64,000 nt of DNA. Source: a virus. Position numbers and translations under genes: made by a program. Position 1 is the stretch's first letter, and every line of letters starts with the position of its first letter. The notes under the pieces were generated by a model. The model saw only the letters and a program-made list of their open reading frames with translations. It ran no database searches and was not told the origin of the DNA. The stretch lies in IMG/VR virus record IMGVR_UViG_3300021961_000023. The stretch is one strand, 5' to 3'. Below, in pieces: positions 1-9,553 of this stretch.

Positions 1-2
1 CA

Positions 3-209
3 CCGACAACAGTTGCTCCAAGTAGTGCTCAACCATTAACTGAGTTTTTTAACGTAGTTCAAACTCCAACAACTACTACAACAACATTATCTTCAACACC
101 AACACAAACTTCTTCAACTAATGTTCCTACTACTTTTGTAGCACTAAGTGATCCATCTCAAACACTGGGAGCATCACAACAGTCAAATGGGTCTGGCAGT
201 GGATACTAA
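3..209 (+). CDS. 3' end of an upstream gene (Ser/Thr-rich C-terminal tail), partial
   Basis: Open frame from position 3 (PTTVAPSS...SNGSGSGY) ending at TAA 207-209. Confidence 0.6.
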   Translation, partial: PTTVAPSSAQPLTEFFNVVQTPTTTTTTLSSTPTQTSSTNVPTTFVALSDPSQTLGASQQSNGSGSGY

Positions 210-253
210 ATAGGTTAGATAGAAAGACACTAACTAGTGATATCTAGACTCCA

Positions 254-2713
254 ATGAAACTAATAGACCCATTAGCACAATCATTTTACGTTGAATCCGA
301 AAGTGGTATTTTTGTAACTTCGATTGATTTATATTTTTCAGCAAAGGACAATAACCTACCAGTTACTGTTCAACTTAGACCCATGAAACTGAATGTACCT
401 TCATCTGAAGTGTATCCATTCAGTGAAGTTGTATTGGAGCCTGGACAAATTAATACTTCTGATGATGCTTCTGTTGCAACAAGAGTTACTTTTAGCTCCC
501 CAGTGTATCTAACTGGTGGAACTTATCACTCGATTTGTATTTTATCAAACTCTAACAACCATAGTGTTTGGGTTTCTAGACTTGGAGAAGTAGATAAATC
601 ATTGAGTTCTGGTGATGAAGCAAGAAACGTATTTGTAACTCAAAATCCTCTTGCAGGAAACTTATTTAAATCTCAAAATGGATCTTCATGGTATCCAAGC
701 ACATATGAAGACTTAAAGTTTATTCTCTATAGAGCAAACTTTGAAAATAACGGAAATATTAACTTCTATAATCCTGAGTTAACGAGTGGCAATGAAGGAG
801 TAGCAACTTTAATCAAAGATCCACTTATCACTAACTCTAGAAAAGCAAGAGTTGGATTAGGTACTACAGTTAGTGGAAGTTATGTAACTAGTTTAGTAGT
901 TGGATCAACTATTACACAAAATAATACGAATGCATCTGCAAATCTTGTTGGTTTTGCAGGATCTGCTACTGGCACGTTAGGTCTAACAAATCCTGGTATT
1001 GGTTATTCACCAATATCTGGACAAACTACACACGCTGGTGTACCACTTGTGTCACTGACAGGTAGTGGAATAAATGCAACCGCAAATATTACAATCAACA
1101 ATGGTGTTGCTGTAGCAGCAACTATCAATAATGGTGGTTCTGGATATACTCTTGGTGACGTTTTAACTATTAATCAGATAGGAAACTCAACAATCGGTAG
1201 AAATCTAAAACTAACAGTAAGCAATATCTTTGGGCAAAATACTCTGATTCTTGATAATATCCAAGGTGATTTTTCAGTTGGAGCAGGTAATAGTGTCATC
1301 TACACAACTACAACTGGCATAAGTACTATTTTAGTTGGAGCAGCAGTAAGCACAGTTGACTTAGTATCTGATGGTCTTCATATTAAAGTGAATCACAAGA
1401 ATCATGGAATGTGTACTTCACATAGTTCTGTTCTTTTATCAAATATTCAACCAGATATTCCCGCAACAAGACTTTTAGATTCTTATCCAAAAACGAGTAC
1501 GTCTTCCATTACTATTAGCGACAGTACTAATTTTGGCACATTTGAAAATGTTGGAGTTGGATCAACAAATCCAGGATATGCATTGATTGGTGAAGAAATC
1601 ATTCAATATACTGGAGTTTCAACTAGTTTACTAACTGGAATCACTAGAAATATTGATGATACAGTTTCATACACGTACTCCTCAGGAACTGAAATCCGAA
1701 AATATGAGTTAGCAGGTGTTTCTTTAAGAAGAATCAATAAAGAACATGATCTAACTGCAGTAACAGTTTCAAATCCGCTTGATTTAGATTATTATAATAT
1801 CAAACTTGATATGTCAACTAGTGGAACTGATAGAAGTGTAGGGATAAGTTTTCCAAAGTTATATCTGAATCAAACAAAGTCAACTGGTGGAAGTAAAGTT
1901 ACTGCCACACAAAATATTGTATATGAGATCGTAAAACCAATAGTTCAAACATTAAATCTTAGAGGTACTAATATCAGTGCTTCGATTAGAACTGTTACAG
2001 CACATACAGTTGCTGGTGGTGAAACTCCTAATATTGATAGAGGATTTGAAAACATTAGTCTTCAGAAGACTAACTACTTAAATTCTCCCAGAATGATTGC
2101 ATCAAGAGTAAATGAAACTAATGATCTTACTACTCTCCCAGGTAGCAAGTCATTTACTATGAATATGAACTTATCTACATCAGATCCTAGGGTATCTCCT
2201 GTTATTGATCTTGATAGAGTCAGTGTTGTTTTAAGTTCTAATAGAGTAAATCATCCAATTACCGATTACGCTACAGATAAAAGAACTGCTACATTAAGAG
2301 AAGATCCGTCTGCATTTGTTTACGCTACAAAACCCATTGCTTTAGAAGTTCCCGCAAACGCTATTAAAGTTTTATTCTCAGGATACTTAAATCAGTATAG
2401 TGACATTCGTGTATTCTATGCGATTCAAGAAGATCCATCGATTGAACCAGTGTATTACCCATTCCCAGGATATCCAAATATTTCTAGTGATGGAACTGTT
2501 AATATTGCAAACAGTAATGGACTTCCTGATGTTAATGTACCAAAAACTGATAAAGTTGGTTTTGAAAGTGAAGAACTCATATTCCGTGATTATGAGTTTA
2601 GTGCAGATGAGTTACCATCTTTTAGATACTTTAGTATCAAAATCATTGGAACCTCAACTAATGAAGTGTATCCACCAAGATTAAGAGACCTTAGAATCAT
2701 TGCTCTTGTTTAA
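254..2713 (+). CDS. Virion structural protein (C-terminal part of the VrlC/DUF4815-like cyanophage family)
   Basis: DPLAQSF, LFKSQN and EDLKF motifs; C-terminal PRLRDLRIIAL; Gly/Thr-rich beta repeats; late promoter at 207-212; lies upstream of g13. Confidence 0.7.
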   Translation: MKLIDPLAQSFYVESESGIFVTSIDLYFSAKDNNLPVTVQLRPMKLNVPSSEVYPFSEVVLEPGQINTSDDASVATRVTFSSPVYLTGGTYHSICILSNSNNHSVWVSRLGEVDKSLSSGDEARNVFVTQNPLAGNLFKSQNGSSWYPSTYEDLKFILYRANFENNGNINFYNPELTSGNEGVATLIKDPLITNSRKARVGLGTTVSGSYVTSLVVGSTITQNNTNASANLVGFAGSATGTLGLTNPGIGYSPISGQTTHAGVPLVSLTGSGINATANITINNGVAVAATINNGGSGYTLGDVLTINQIGNSTIGRNLKLTVSNIFGQNTLILDNIQGDFSVGAGNSVIYTTTTGISTILVGAAVSTVDLVSDGLHIKVNHKNHGMCTSHSSVLLSNIQPDIPATRLLDSYPKTSTSSITISDSTNFGTFENVGVGSTNPGYALIGEEIIQYTGVSTSLLTGITRNIDDTVSYTYSSGTEIRKYELAGVSLRRINKEHDLTAVTVSNPLDLDYYNIKLDMSTSGTDRSVGISFPKLYLNQTKSTGGSKVTATQNIVYEIVKPIVQTLNLRGTNISASIRTVTAHTVAGGETPNIDRGFENISLQKTNYLNSPRMIASRVNETNDLTTLPGSKSFTMNMNLSTSDPRVSPVIDLDRVSVVLSSNRVNHPITDYATDKRTATLREDPSAFVYATKPIALEVPANAIKVLFSGYLNQYSDIRVFYAIQEDPSIEPVYYPFPGYPNISSDGTVNIANSNGLPDVNVPKTDKVGFESEELIFRDYEFSADELPSFRYFSIKIIGTSTNEVYPPRLRDLRIIALV

Positions 2714-2715
2714 TC

Positions 2716-2940
2716 ATGCAATATACAAAAGTTGAAGGCCATATGAACTTAGTTCGAGATGAAGAAACTAAGGCGGTGATTAATGTTAGTATAAATGATT
2801 ATAAAAAATACATTGATCAAAAAGCAGCTAAAGAAAAAGAGATTGAAAAAATTGTATCATTAGAATCTGAAGTTGCTGATATAAAATCTGATATTGATGA
2901 AATAAAAAGTCTTTTACATCAGATTATAACCAGATTATAA
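2716..2940 (+). CDS. Conserved small coiled-coil hypothetical protein
   Basis: KVEGHxNLVRD N-terminus and heptad C-terminus; typical position just before g13. Confidence 0.7.
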   Translation: MQYTKVEGHMNLVRDEETKAVINVSINDYKKYIDQKAAKEKEIEKIVSLESEVADIKSDIDEIKSLLHQIITRL

Positions 2941-2972
2941 AGGATTATAGATAATATAGGGGGACTCCAAAT

Positions 2973-3812
2973 ATGGCACAACCATCTACAAGACAAGGAT
3001 TAATCGATTACTGCAAAAGGCAACTGGGATATCCAGTGCTGGAGATCAACGTTGCTGATGAACAGATTGACGATCTTGTAGATGATGCGATTCAATATTT
3101 TCAAGAAAGACATTTTGATGGGGTTTATCCAACGTTTTTAAAATATCAAATCACTCAAGATGATATTAATAGAGGAAGAGCACCAAATACTAGTGAATCT
3201 GGACTCGTAGGTTTAACAACAAATCATACTGTTGGAGTTACAACTCAGTTTGCTTGGAGAGAAAACTCAAACTATTTGTACGTACCAGAGTCTGTTATTG
3301 GAGTGAATCGAGTTTTTAAATATGATGGTAGTAATAGTATCACTAACAACATGTTTAGTGTTCGCTATCAACTTTTCCTTAATGATATTTACTATTGGGG
3401 ATCCACTGAACTTTTGACTTATGCAATGACAAAAACTTATCTTGAGGATTTGGACTTTTTAATCTCTACACAAAAACAGTTTAGATTTAATAAAAGACAA
3501 GATAAGTTATTTGTTGATGTTGATTGGGGTGCGTTAAATGTTGGTGATTATTTGGTCATTGATTGTTACAGAATCTTGGACCCAGCGAGCAATACACAAG
3601 TTTACAATGATTCATTTTTAAAAAAATATTTAACCTCACTGATTAAAAAACAGTGGGGTCAAAACATGATGAAGTTCCAAGGAGTAAAGTTACCTGGTGG
3701 TGTAGAACTCAATGGTAGACAAATGTATGATGATGCAATAAAAGAGTTGGATGATATTAAAGAAATGATGTCTAGTACATATGAACTTCCCCCATTAGAC
3801 ATGATCGGTTGA
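2973..3812 (+). CDS. gp13: Neck protein gp13
   Basis: LGYPVLEINVADEQIDD and KKQWGQN...LPGGVELNG motifs; synteny. Confidence 0.93.
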   Translation: MAQPSTRQGLIDYCKRQLGYPVLEINVADEQIDDLVDDAIQYFQERHFDGVYPTFLKYQITQDDINRGRAPNTSESGLVGLTTNHTVGVTTQFAWRENSNYLYVPESVIGVNRVFKYDGSNSITNNMFSVRYQLFLNDIYYWGSTELLTYAMTKTYLEDLDFLISTQKQFRFNKRQDKLFVDVDWGALNVGDYLVIDCYRILDPASNTQVYNDSFLKKYLTSLIKKQWGQNMMKFQGVKLPGGVELNGRQMYDDAIKELDDIKEMMSSTYELPPLDMIG

Positions 3813-3816
3813 TATT

Positions 3817-5184
3817 ATGGCACTTAATCCATTTTTTCTCCAGGGATCACCAACTGAACAAGGTCTTGTACAAGACTTGATCAATGAACAACTTCGTATG
3901 TATGGAGTTGAATGTCATTATCTTCCTAGATCGTATGTGAATCAAAAAACGATAATGGAAGAAGTGACTACATCTAAGTTCACAAATGCGATCCCTATTG
4001 AGGCATACGTAGACACATATGATGGGTATCAAGGTCAAGGTGAACTTTTAACTAAGTTTGGTATTCAACCAATGGATGATCTTACCTTGATCATCTCTAA
4101 AGAAAGATTTGAACAAAAAGTTCAACCAGTTATTAAAAATGACCCAAGTGGTATTATTTCAACACGTCCTAAAGAAGGAGATTTAATCCACTTTCCTCTA
4201 GGCGATAGACTTTTTGAAATTAAGTTTGTAGAACATGAGCAACCGTTTTATCAACTTCAAAAAACATATACTTATCAGTTAAAATGTGAGTTATTTCGTT
4301 ACGAGGATGAAGTTATTGATACTGGAATTGATGAGATTGATGATAATGTAGAAGAAGAAGGTTATATTCAAGAACTATATCTCGTTGGAGTTGGTACAAC
4401 TGCAACTGCTATTACTACTCTCGTTAGCGGTGCAGTTCAGCAGGTATTCATTAACAACGATGGTAATGGATATACACTACCACCTCGTGTTGTTTTAGGA
4501 AATCCTGTATCTGGTGGTACAACTGCATCTGCAATCGCTATCGCCGCTACTTCTGGTGGAGTTGATCAAGTCCAGTTTATTAATCCTGGTGCTGGATATA
4601 CCACTGCTCCTGTTATATTATTCTTCCCAACTTCTGCTGGTGGTGGTGCAGGAGCTGCTGCAACTTGTGGAATTACCACTAGTGGAGTTGGTGTGGTAAC
4701 AGTAACTAATCCTGGAGCTTACTACACGACTACACCAACGATTACTTTTAGCAATCCATCTCCAGGTGCTGGTCATACAAGAGCAACTGCTGTTCCAGTG
4801 ATGGCAAATGGACAGATTCAAAGTATTCGTTTAACTAATGCTGGTTATGGATATACTCAACCTCCAACTATTACTATTTCTGCTCCCAGCACTGCAGGTC
4901 TAGGTACTTATATCTTTAATGAAGAGTTAATGGGAATAGCATCTAGTACTCGTGCTCGTGTAAAATCTTGGGATGCTACAACTGGAATAGTTAAAGTTGG
5001 TATTGTAACAGGCAACTTCTCTATAGGAGAAACTATCAGAGGATTGGAATCTGGAGCTGAATATGTCATAAAACTTCAAGAAAAAGATAATTTAGTAGAT
5101 CAATATAATCAAAATAAAATCTTAGAATTTGAAGCAGATTCTATTCTTGATTTTACTGAGAGAAATCCATTTGGTGAAGTTTAA
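3817..5184 (+). CDS. gp14: Neck protein gp14 with inserted Gly/Thr-rich repeat domain
   Basis: RPKEGDLIHFP, FEIKFVEHEQPFYQL and C-terminal DFTERNPFG; internal GxGYTxxPxI repeats. Confidence 0.92.
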   Translation: MALNPFFLQGSPTEQGLVQDLINEQLRMYGVECHYLPRSYVNQKTIMEEVTTSKFTNAIPIEAYVDTYDGYQGQGELLTKFGIQPMDDLTLIISKERFEQKVQPVIKNDPSGIISTRPKEGDLIHFPLGDRLFEIKFVEHEQPFYQLQKTYTYQLKCELFRYEDEVIDTGIDEIDDNVEEEGYIQELYLVGVGTTATAITTLVSGAVQQVFINNDGNGYTLPPRVVLGNPVSGGTTASAIAIAATSGGVDQVQFINPGAGYTTAPVILFFPTSAGGGAGAAATCGITTSGVGVVTVTNPGAYYTTTPTITFSNPSPGAGHTRATAVPVMANGQIQSIRLTNAGYGYTQPPTITISAPSTAGLGTYIFNEELMGIASSTRARVKSWDATTGIVKVGIVTGNFSIGETIRGLESGAEYVIKLQEKDNLVDQYNQNKILEFEADSILDFTERNPFGEV

Positions 5185-5219
5185 ATTTGTTAAATAGTTA
5201 GTAATAAACATATTGCATC

Positions 5220-6269
5220 ATGTTTGAATATTTTTATCACCAGATCCTTAGAAAGACTGTTATTTCTTTTGGAACTCTTTTCAACAACATTTATATTCGT
5301 CACACTAATGGTGCGGGACAAGAAGTTAGTGTGATGAAAGTTCCCTTGGCATATGGACCAACCCAAAAGTTTTTAGCAAGAGTCCAACAATCAGAAAATC
5401 TGAATAAACCAGTTCAGTTATCTCTACCAAGGATGTCATTTGAGTTTACAAGTTTAACTTATGATCCAAGTAGAAAAGTTACTACAACTCAAACATTTCA
5501 ATCGGTTAAAAGTCTAGGAGATAAGACTGCGGTTAAAAAGGTTTATATGCCAGTTCCATATAATATGGAGTTTGAGTTGTCAATTATGGCAAAGCAGAAT
5601 GATGATTGCCTTCAAATCATTGAGCAGATTCTGCCATATTTTCAACCTGCATATACTATGTCAGTAAATCTCATCAGTGATATTGGTGAAAAAAGAGATA
5701 TTCCAGTGATTCTTGATAGGATCACTATGAGAGACGACTACGAAGGAGATTTTTCTACGAGAAGAGTTCTCTATTATACTTTAACATTTACTGCTAAAAC
5801 ATATCTGTTTGGTCCTGTCAATACCGCGACTGGCATTATTAAAACAGCAACTATTGATTATATGTCAGGAGTTGATCCTACACAAGCAAGAAGAGAACAG
5901 CGTTATAGTGTTGCTCCTCGGGCCGTTCGTGATTACAATGTTGATCAAACAACCACAGTTGTTGAAGATGTAAATAAAGTTTCAACTATTATTAGTGTAA
6001 GTAGTGTTGCTGGTTTAAGTGAAAGGTCATATATCAATATCAATGGTGAACAAATGAGGATTAATAAAATTGATGGAACAAATATAGTTGTAGAAAGGGC
6101 AAAAGATGGCACAGAAGCTATTGAACATCCCATTGGTTCATACATTAATGTAGTTAATGCTGCAGATACAGAACTCATTGAGGTTGGAGATGATTTTGGA
6201 TTTAATGAAACACTATCATTCTTCCAAGACTTTAAAGAGTACAGTCCTTCTCGTGGTGAGGATATTTAA
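5220..6269 (+). CDS. gp15: Tail sheath stabilizer / completion protein gp15
   Basis: YFYHQILRKTVISFGTLFN, VPLAYGP, LPRMSFE and EQILPYFQP motifs. Confidence 0.93.
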   Translation: MFEYFYHQILRKTVISFGTLFNNIYIRHTNGAGQEVSVMKVPLAYGPTQKFLARVQQSENLNKPVQLSLPRMSFEFTSLTYDPSRKVTTTQTFQSVKSLGDKTAVKKVYMPVPYNMEFELSIMAKQNDDCLQIIEQILPYFQPAYTMSVNLISDIGEKRDIPVILDRITMRDDYEGDFSTRRVLYYTLTFTAKTYLFGPVNTATGIIKTATIDYMSGVDPTQARREQRYSVAPRAVRDYNVDQTTTVVEDVNKVSTIISVSSVAGLSERSYININGEQMRINKIDGTNIVVERAKDGTEAIEHPIGSYINVVNAADTELIEVGDDFGFNETLSFFQDFKEYSPSRGEDI

Positions 6270-6700
6270 TGAAAACCGATACTTTTGATGATCTAAATGA
6301 AACTTTTAATGTTTCTGCTGAGATTGTACCAAAAGAAATACAATCTGAGATCTCAAATATTATTTCAGAAAAAGATTCTAAAAAAACTGATATTCAAAGA
6401 GACTATGAATATAGCAGAGGAAATCTATATTCATTGATTGAAAAAGGTCAAGAAGCAATTAATGGCATTCTTGAACTTGCTCAAGAAAGTGAAATGCCAA
6501 GAGCATATGAAGTCGCTGGACAACTGATTAAAAATGTTTCTGAAGCAACTGAGAAACTAATGGATCTTCAAAAGAAACTAAAAGATATTGAAGAGGAAAC
6601 GGTTCAAAAAGGACCAACAACTGTTAATAATGCCCTTTTTATAGGGTCAACAGCTGATTTACAAAAGTTATTAAAATCTAAAGACATAAATAATCAATAA
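6269..6700 (+). CDS. gp16: Terminase small subunit gp16
   Basis: DYEYSR, PRAYEVAGQLIK and FIGSTADLQK motifs; follows g15. Confidence 0.9.
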   Translation: MKTDTFDDLNETFNVSAEIVPKEIQSEISNIISEKDSKKTDIQRDYEYSRGNLYSLIEKGQEAINGILELAQESEMPRAYEVAGQLIKNVSEATEKLMDLQKKLKDIEEETVQKGPTTVNNALFIGSTADLQKLLKSKDINNQ

Positions 6701-6711
6701 AACCTTGAGTT

Positions 6712-7047
6712 ATGACAGCCAGATCTGTTAATCTGACAGTAGAACAGGGAACCAATTTCACAACTACGTTTACTGTTAAAAACCCAGATGGAACTGTGCT
6801 TCCACTAACAGGATATACTGCCACTGCAAAGATGGCAAAACACCCATCTGCTACGGTCGGTATTACTACTTTTACTACTAATCTCACAACTGCTTCTGGT
6901 AAAGTTACTCTTACTTTACCTAGTGCTACTACATCAAATCTGGCACCTGGTCGATATTATTATGACTGTATTATTGAATCTAGTGGTGGAACCATTACTA
7001 GAATCATTGAGGGTATGATTTTAGTCACTGCAGGATTAGCGTCCTAA
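6712..7047 (+). CDS. Small beta-sandwich virion protein (hypothetical)
   Basis: NLTVEQGxxF...GRYYYD...RIIEG pattern; late promoter at 6687-6692. Confidence 0.65.
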   Translation: MTARSVNLTVEQGTNFTTTFTVKNPDGTVLPLTGYTATAKMAKHPSATVGITTFTTNLTTASGKVTLTLPSATTSNLAPGRYYYDCIIESSGGTITRIIEGMILVTAGLAS

Positions 7048-7056
7048 TAGTCAACT

Positions 7057-7419
7057 ATGGATATCGAAATCACTCTTGATACCAGTTCACTAGACGTTAC
7101 TCTTGACAGAGATAGTTCTCTTATTCAAGGTGGCAATCAGTTTGATGCAGTTCTTTCGGAGACAGAAGTGGCAAACAGATTTGTAGACTTATCAGATGTT
7201 AGTATTAATGAAAATACTTTGAATTCTACAAAAACAAACTACGTGGTTGTCTATAATCATGCGATTGGTCAGTTTGAACTTGTGGATCCTGATCAAGTTT
7301 TAGTTGCAGCAGCATCATCTGTTGGCAACGTTGGATATGTTGGATTGCCAACATCCTTTGTTGACTCTCTTGATCTTGACCTTGACCAGAAAATCGATTT
7401 GGATGCTGGAACTTTTTGA
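7057..7419 (+). CDS. Hypothetical acidic virion/fibre-associated protein
   Basis: LSDV motif; C-terminal LDAGTF. Confidence 0.6.
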   Translation: MDIEITLDTSSLDVTLDRDSSLIQGGNQFDAVLSETEVANRFVDLSDVSINENTLNSTKTNYVVVYNHAIGQFELVDPDQVLVAAASSVGNVGYVGLPTSFVDSLDLDLDQKIDLDAGTF

Positions 7420-7482
7420 AACTGTATTTATAGTATGCCTACATAATAAAAAGATAAATACTATAAAAGGACACGAATAGAA

Positions 7483-9144
7483 ATGGCGGCACCAGTTCTA
7501 CAGTTTAGAAGAGGTCTTCTCGCAAACCTACCAGCTTTGAGAGCAGGTGAGCCTGGTTTTGCGACTGATAGTTACGATATCTTTGTCGGACTAACCTCTC
7601 AATCTGGAAATAATAAGTTTTTTGGTTCTGCTCGTTACTGGAACAAAGAAACCTCAACTGTTGGAAGTTCAGTTAGAGTTGTTGAGGGAACCAATAACGG
7701 TGCAAACTATATTGCACTTAAATCACCAGATTCCCTCGCAGGAGATGTAACTTACACTCTACCTGGAACCATTACTGCAGGAAACTACTTGACAGTAGAT
7801 GGTACTGGTCAGCTAAGTTGGGTTAACCTGACTGCTGCTGGCGCTGCTTTTACAGGCGCAACTCTTGACAATACTTTAATCACTGGCGTAACCACTATAA
7901 GTGGAAGTATAAACAGCAGTGCAAACTCCACATTTTCTGGTATAACGACGTTTACAAATACAACAGATAATACCTTAGGAGACGAAAATACTGGAGCTGT
8001 TCAACTTGATGGCGGTATGGGTATCGCCAAGAACCTCACAGTTAAACAGAATCTTCATGTTGGTGGATATTCTGAGTTTGTTGGTGTTGTAACGTTTAAA
8101 GGTGGAACAATCAATCTTGGTGATGCAAATACAGACGACATTAATGTTGCGGGTGAGTTTATCTCAAGTTTGAATCCAAATGCTGATGCTACCTATGACA
8201 TTGGTGATGGAGCAAACACTAAGAGATGGAGACATGCAAGTTTTTCTGGAGTAGGAACTTTTGCAACTGGTGCTGTCGTAGATGCTATTCAGATTGGTAT
8301 TACTGCAGCATCAGAGATTGATACTTCAAGTGGGGATCTTACATTAGATTCTGCTACTGGAACTACAAACATCGATGATAACTTAGTTGTAACTGGTGAT
8401 GTTAGAATCAATGGTAACGACATCCAAGCAAGTGACGGAAATACAAATATAACTCTTACATCTAATACATTAACAACTTTTGCTGGTGATATTAGAGTTA
8501 ACGGCAATGACATTCAGGCATCTGATGGTAACACCAACATCACGATGACCTCCAATACCTTAACTTCTGTTGCAGGTGATCTTAAGGTTGGTGGTAATGA
8601 TATTCAAGCATCGGATGGTAATACCAACATCACGATGACTTCAAACACTTTGACAACCCTTGCAGGTGATTTAAAGATTAATGGTAATGATATTCAATCA
8701 AGTGCTGGTAATACAGTTATTACACTTGCAAACGATGATGCCACTTTTGCAAGTGATGTAACAGTTGGTGGAAACCTTTATGTTAATGGATCAACAACTC
8801 AAGTTAATACAACTTCATTAACTGTTGAAGATAGTTTGATTGAACTTGGATTTGTTGATGGTGTTGCACCTACCTCAGATCTAAACAAAGATCTTGGACT
8901 ATTATTTAACTATTATACTACATCAGCTAAAAAGGCGGCAGTATATTGGGATGATTCAACACTAAGAATAGTTGTTGCTTCTGAAGTTTCTGAATCTACT
9001 GGCGTTTTGACTCCTACAACTTATGCAGATTTTGAGATTGGTTCACTTTATGTAAACGATTGTGCAGGAAGTAGTAAAGTTATTACTTGTACTGGAAGCG
9101 AAAGACTATTAGAAAACATCACAATCGACGGTGGTGCATTCTGA
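7483..9144 (+). CDS. Tail-fibre-like structural protein with internal 30-aa repeats
   Basis: N-terminal QFRRG motif; Gly/Thr/Asn-rich beta repeats; C-terminal IDGGAF; late promoter at 7455-7460. Confidence 0.75.
   Translation: MAAPVLQFRRGLLANLPALRAGEPGFATDSYDIFVGLTSQSGNNKFFGSARYWNKETSTVGSSVRVVEGTNNGANYIALKSPDSLAGDVTYTLPGTITAGNYLTVDGTGQLSWVNLTAAGAAFTGATLDNTLITGVTTISGSINSSANSTFSGITTFTNTTDNTLGDENTGAVQLDGGMGIAKNLTVKQNLHVGGYSEFVGVVTFKGGTINLGDANTDDINVAGEFISSLNPNADATYDIGDGANTKRWRHASFSGVGTFATGAVVDAIQIGITAASEIDTSSGDLTLDSATGTTNIDDNLVVTGDVRINGNDIQASDGNTNITLTSNTLTTFAGDIRVNGNDIQASDGNTNITMTSNTLTSVAGDLKVGGNDIQASDGNTNITMTSNTLTTLAGDLKINGNDIQSSAGNTVITLANDDATFASDVTVGGNLYVNGSTTQVNTTSLTVEDSLIELGFVDGVAPTSDLNKDLGLLFNYYTTSAKKAAVYWDDSTLRIVVASEVSESTGVLTPTTYADFEIGSLYVNDCAGSSKVITCTGSERLLENITIDGGAF
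8395..8727 (+). repeat. About 3.7 tandem 90-bp (30-aa) coding repeats GD(V/I/L)(R/K)xxGNDIQASDGNTNITxTSNTLTxxA
   Basis: Units start with GGTGAT at 8395, 8485, 8575 and 8665. Confidence 0.9.
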
Positions 9145-9168
9145 TTAAAATAAAAAATCTAAATAAGA

Positions 9169-9190
9169 GGGTGGGTAACCACCCCTTTTT
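9169..9190 (+). terminator. Rho-independent terminator-like hairpin
   Basis: GGGTGG-GTAA-CCACCC followed by a T-tract. Confidence 0.65.
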
Positions 9191-9204
9191 AGTAGGTAAG
9201 TGAA

Positions 9205-9411
9205 ATGACTGAACAAGATCTTCAATATTTACTTAAAGTATATCAAGATAAATCCTTTGATCTTTTTTCTCAAACTATTGCATTGCAAGCAAAAGTTAAT
9301 AAGATTTTGGAAGTGAATGCAGAACTTGGAAAAAGAGTTCAAGAACAACAAGAAGAAATTCAGAAACTAGAGTCTAGATTATCTCGGAAGAAACCAAATG
9401 AAAACGTTTAG
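9205..9411 (+). CDS. Small coiled-coil hypothetical protein
   Basis: 68-aa ORF with heptad pattern. Confidence 0.65.
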   Translation: MTEQDLQYLLKVYQDKSFDLFSQTIALQAKVNKILEVNAELGKRVQEQQEEIQKLESRLSRKKPNENV

Positions 9412-9553
9412 ACAGTTTCAAGAGGAGTGGTCAAATAAATATAAAAAGAGTATTGATTGCTCTAATCCAAAAGGATTTTCTCAACGTGCTCATTGTGCAG
9501 CGAGAACAAAGAGAGCATCAGGACAACAAACCAAATCAAAACCAGTGGAATGA
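9398..9553 (+). CDS. 51-aa basic Cys-containing protein with capsid-targeting-like N-terminus (not in the ORF track)
   Basis: MKTFRQFQEEWSNKYKKSIDCSNPKGFSQRAHCAAR...KPVE*; its stop overlaps the next ATG (ATGA at 9550-9553). Confidence 0.75.
   Translation: MKTFRQFQEEWSNKYKKSIDCSNPKGFSQRAHCAARTKRASGQQTKSKPVE

Noticed and set aside
8395-8727. Possible CRISPR array or DGR template/variable repeat
   Set aside because: Repeats are contiguous in-frame coding units without spacers; differences are synonymous rather than adenine-specific; no reverse transcriptase in the window
9493-9549. ORF-track start of the 613-aa protein
   Set aside because: This stretch lies within the 9398-9553 gene; ATG 9550 coupled to its stop is more plausible
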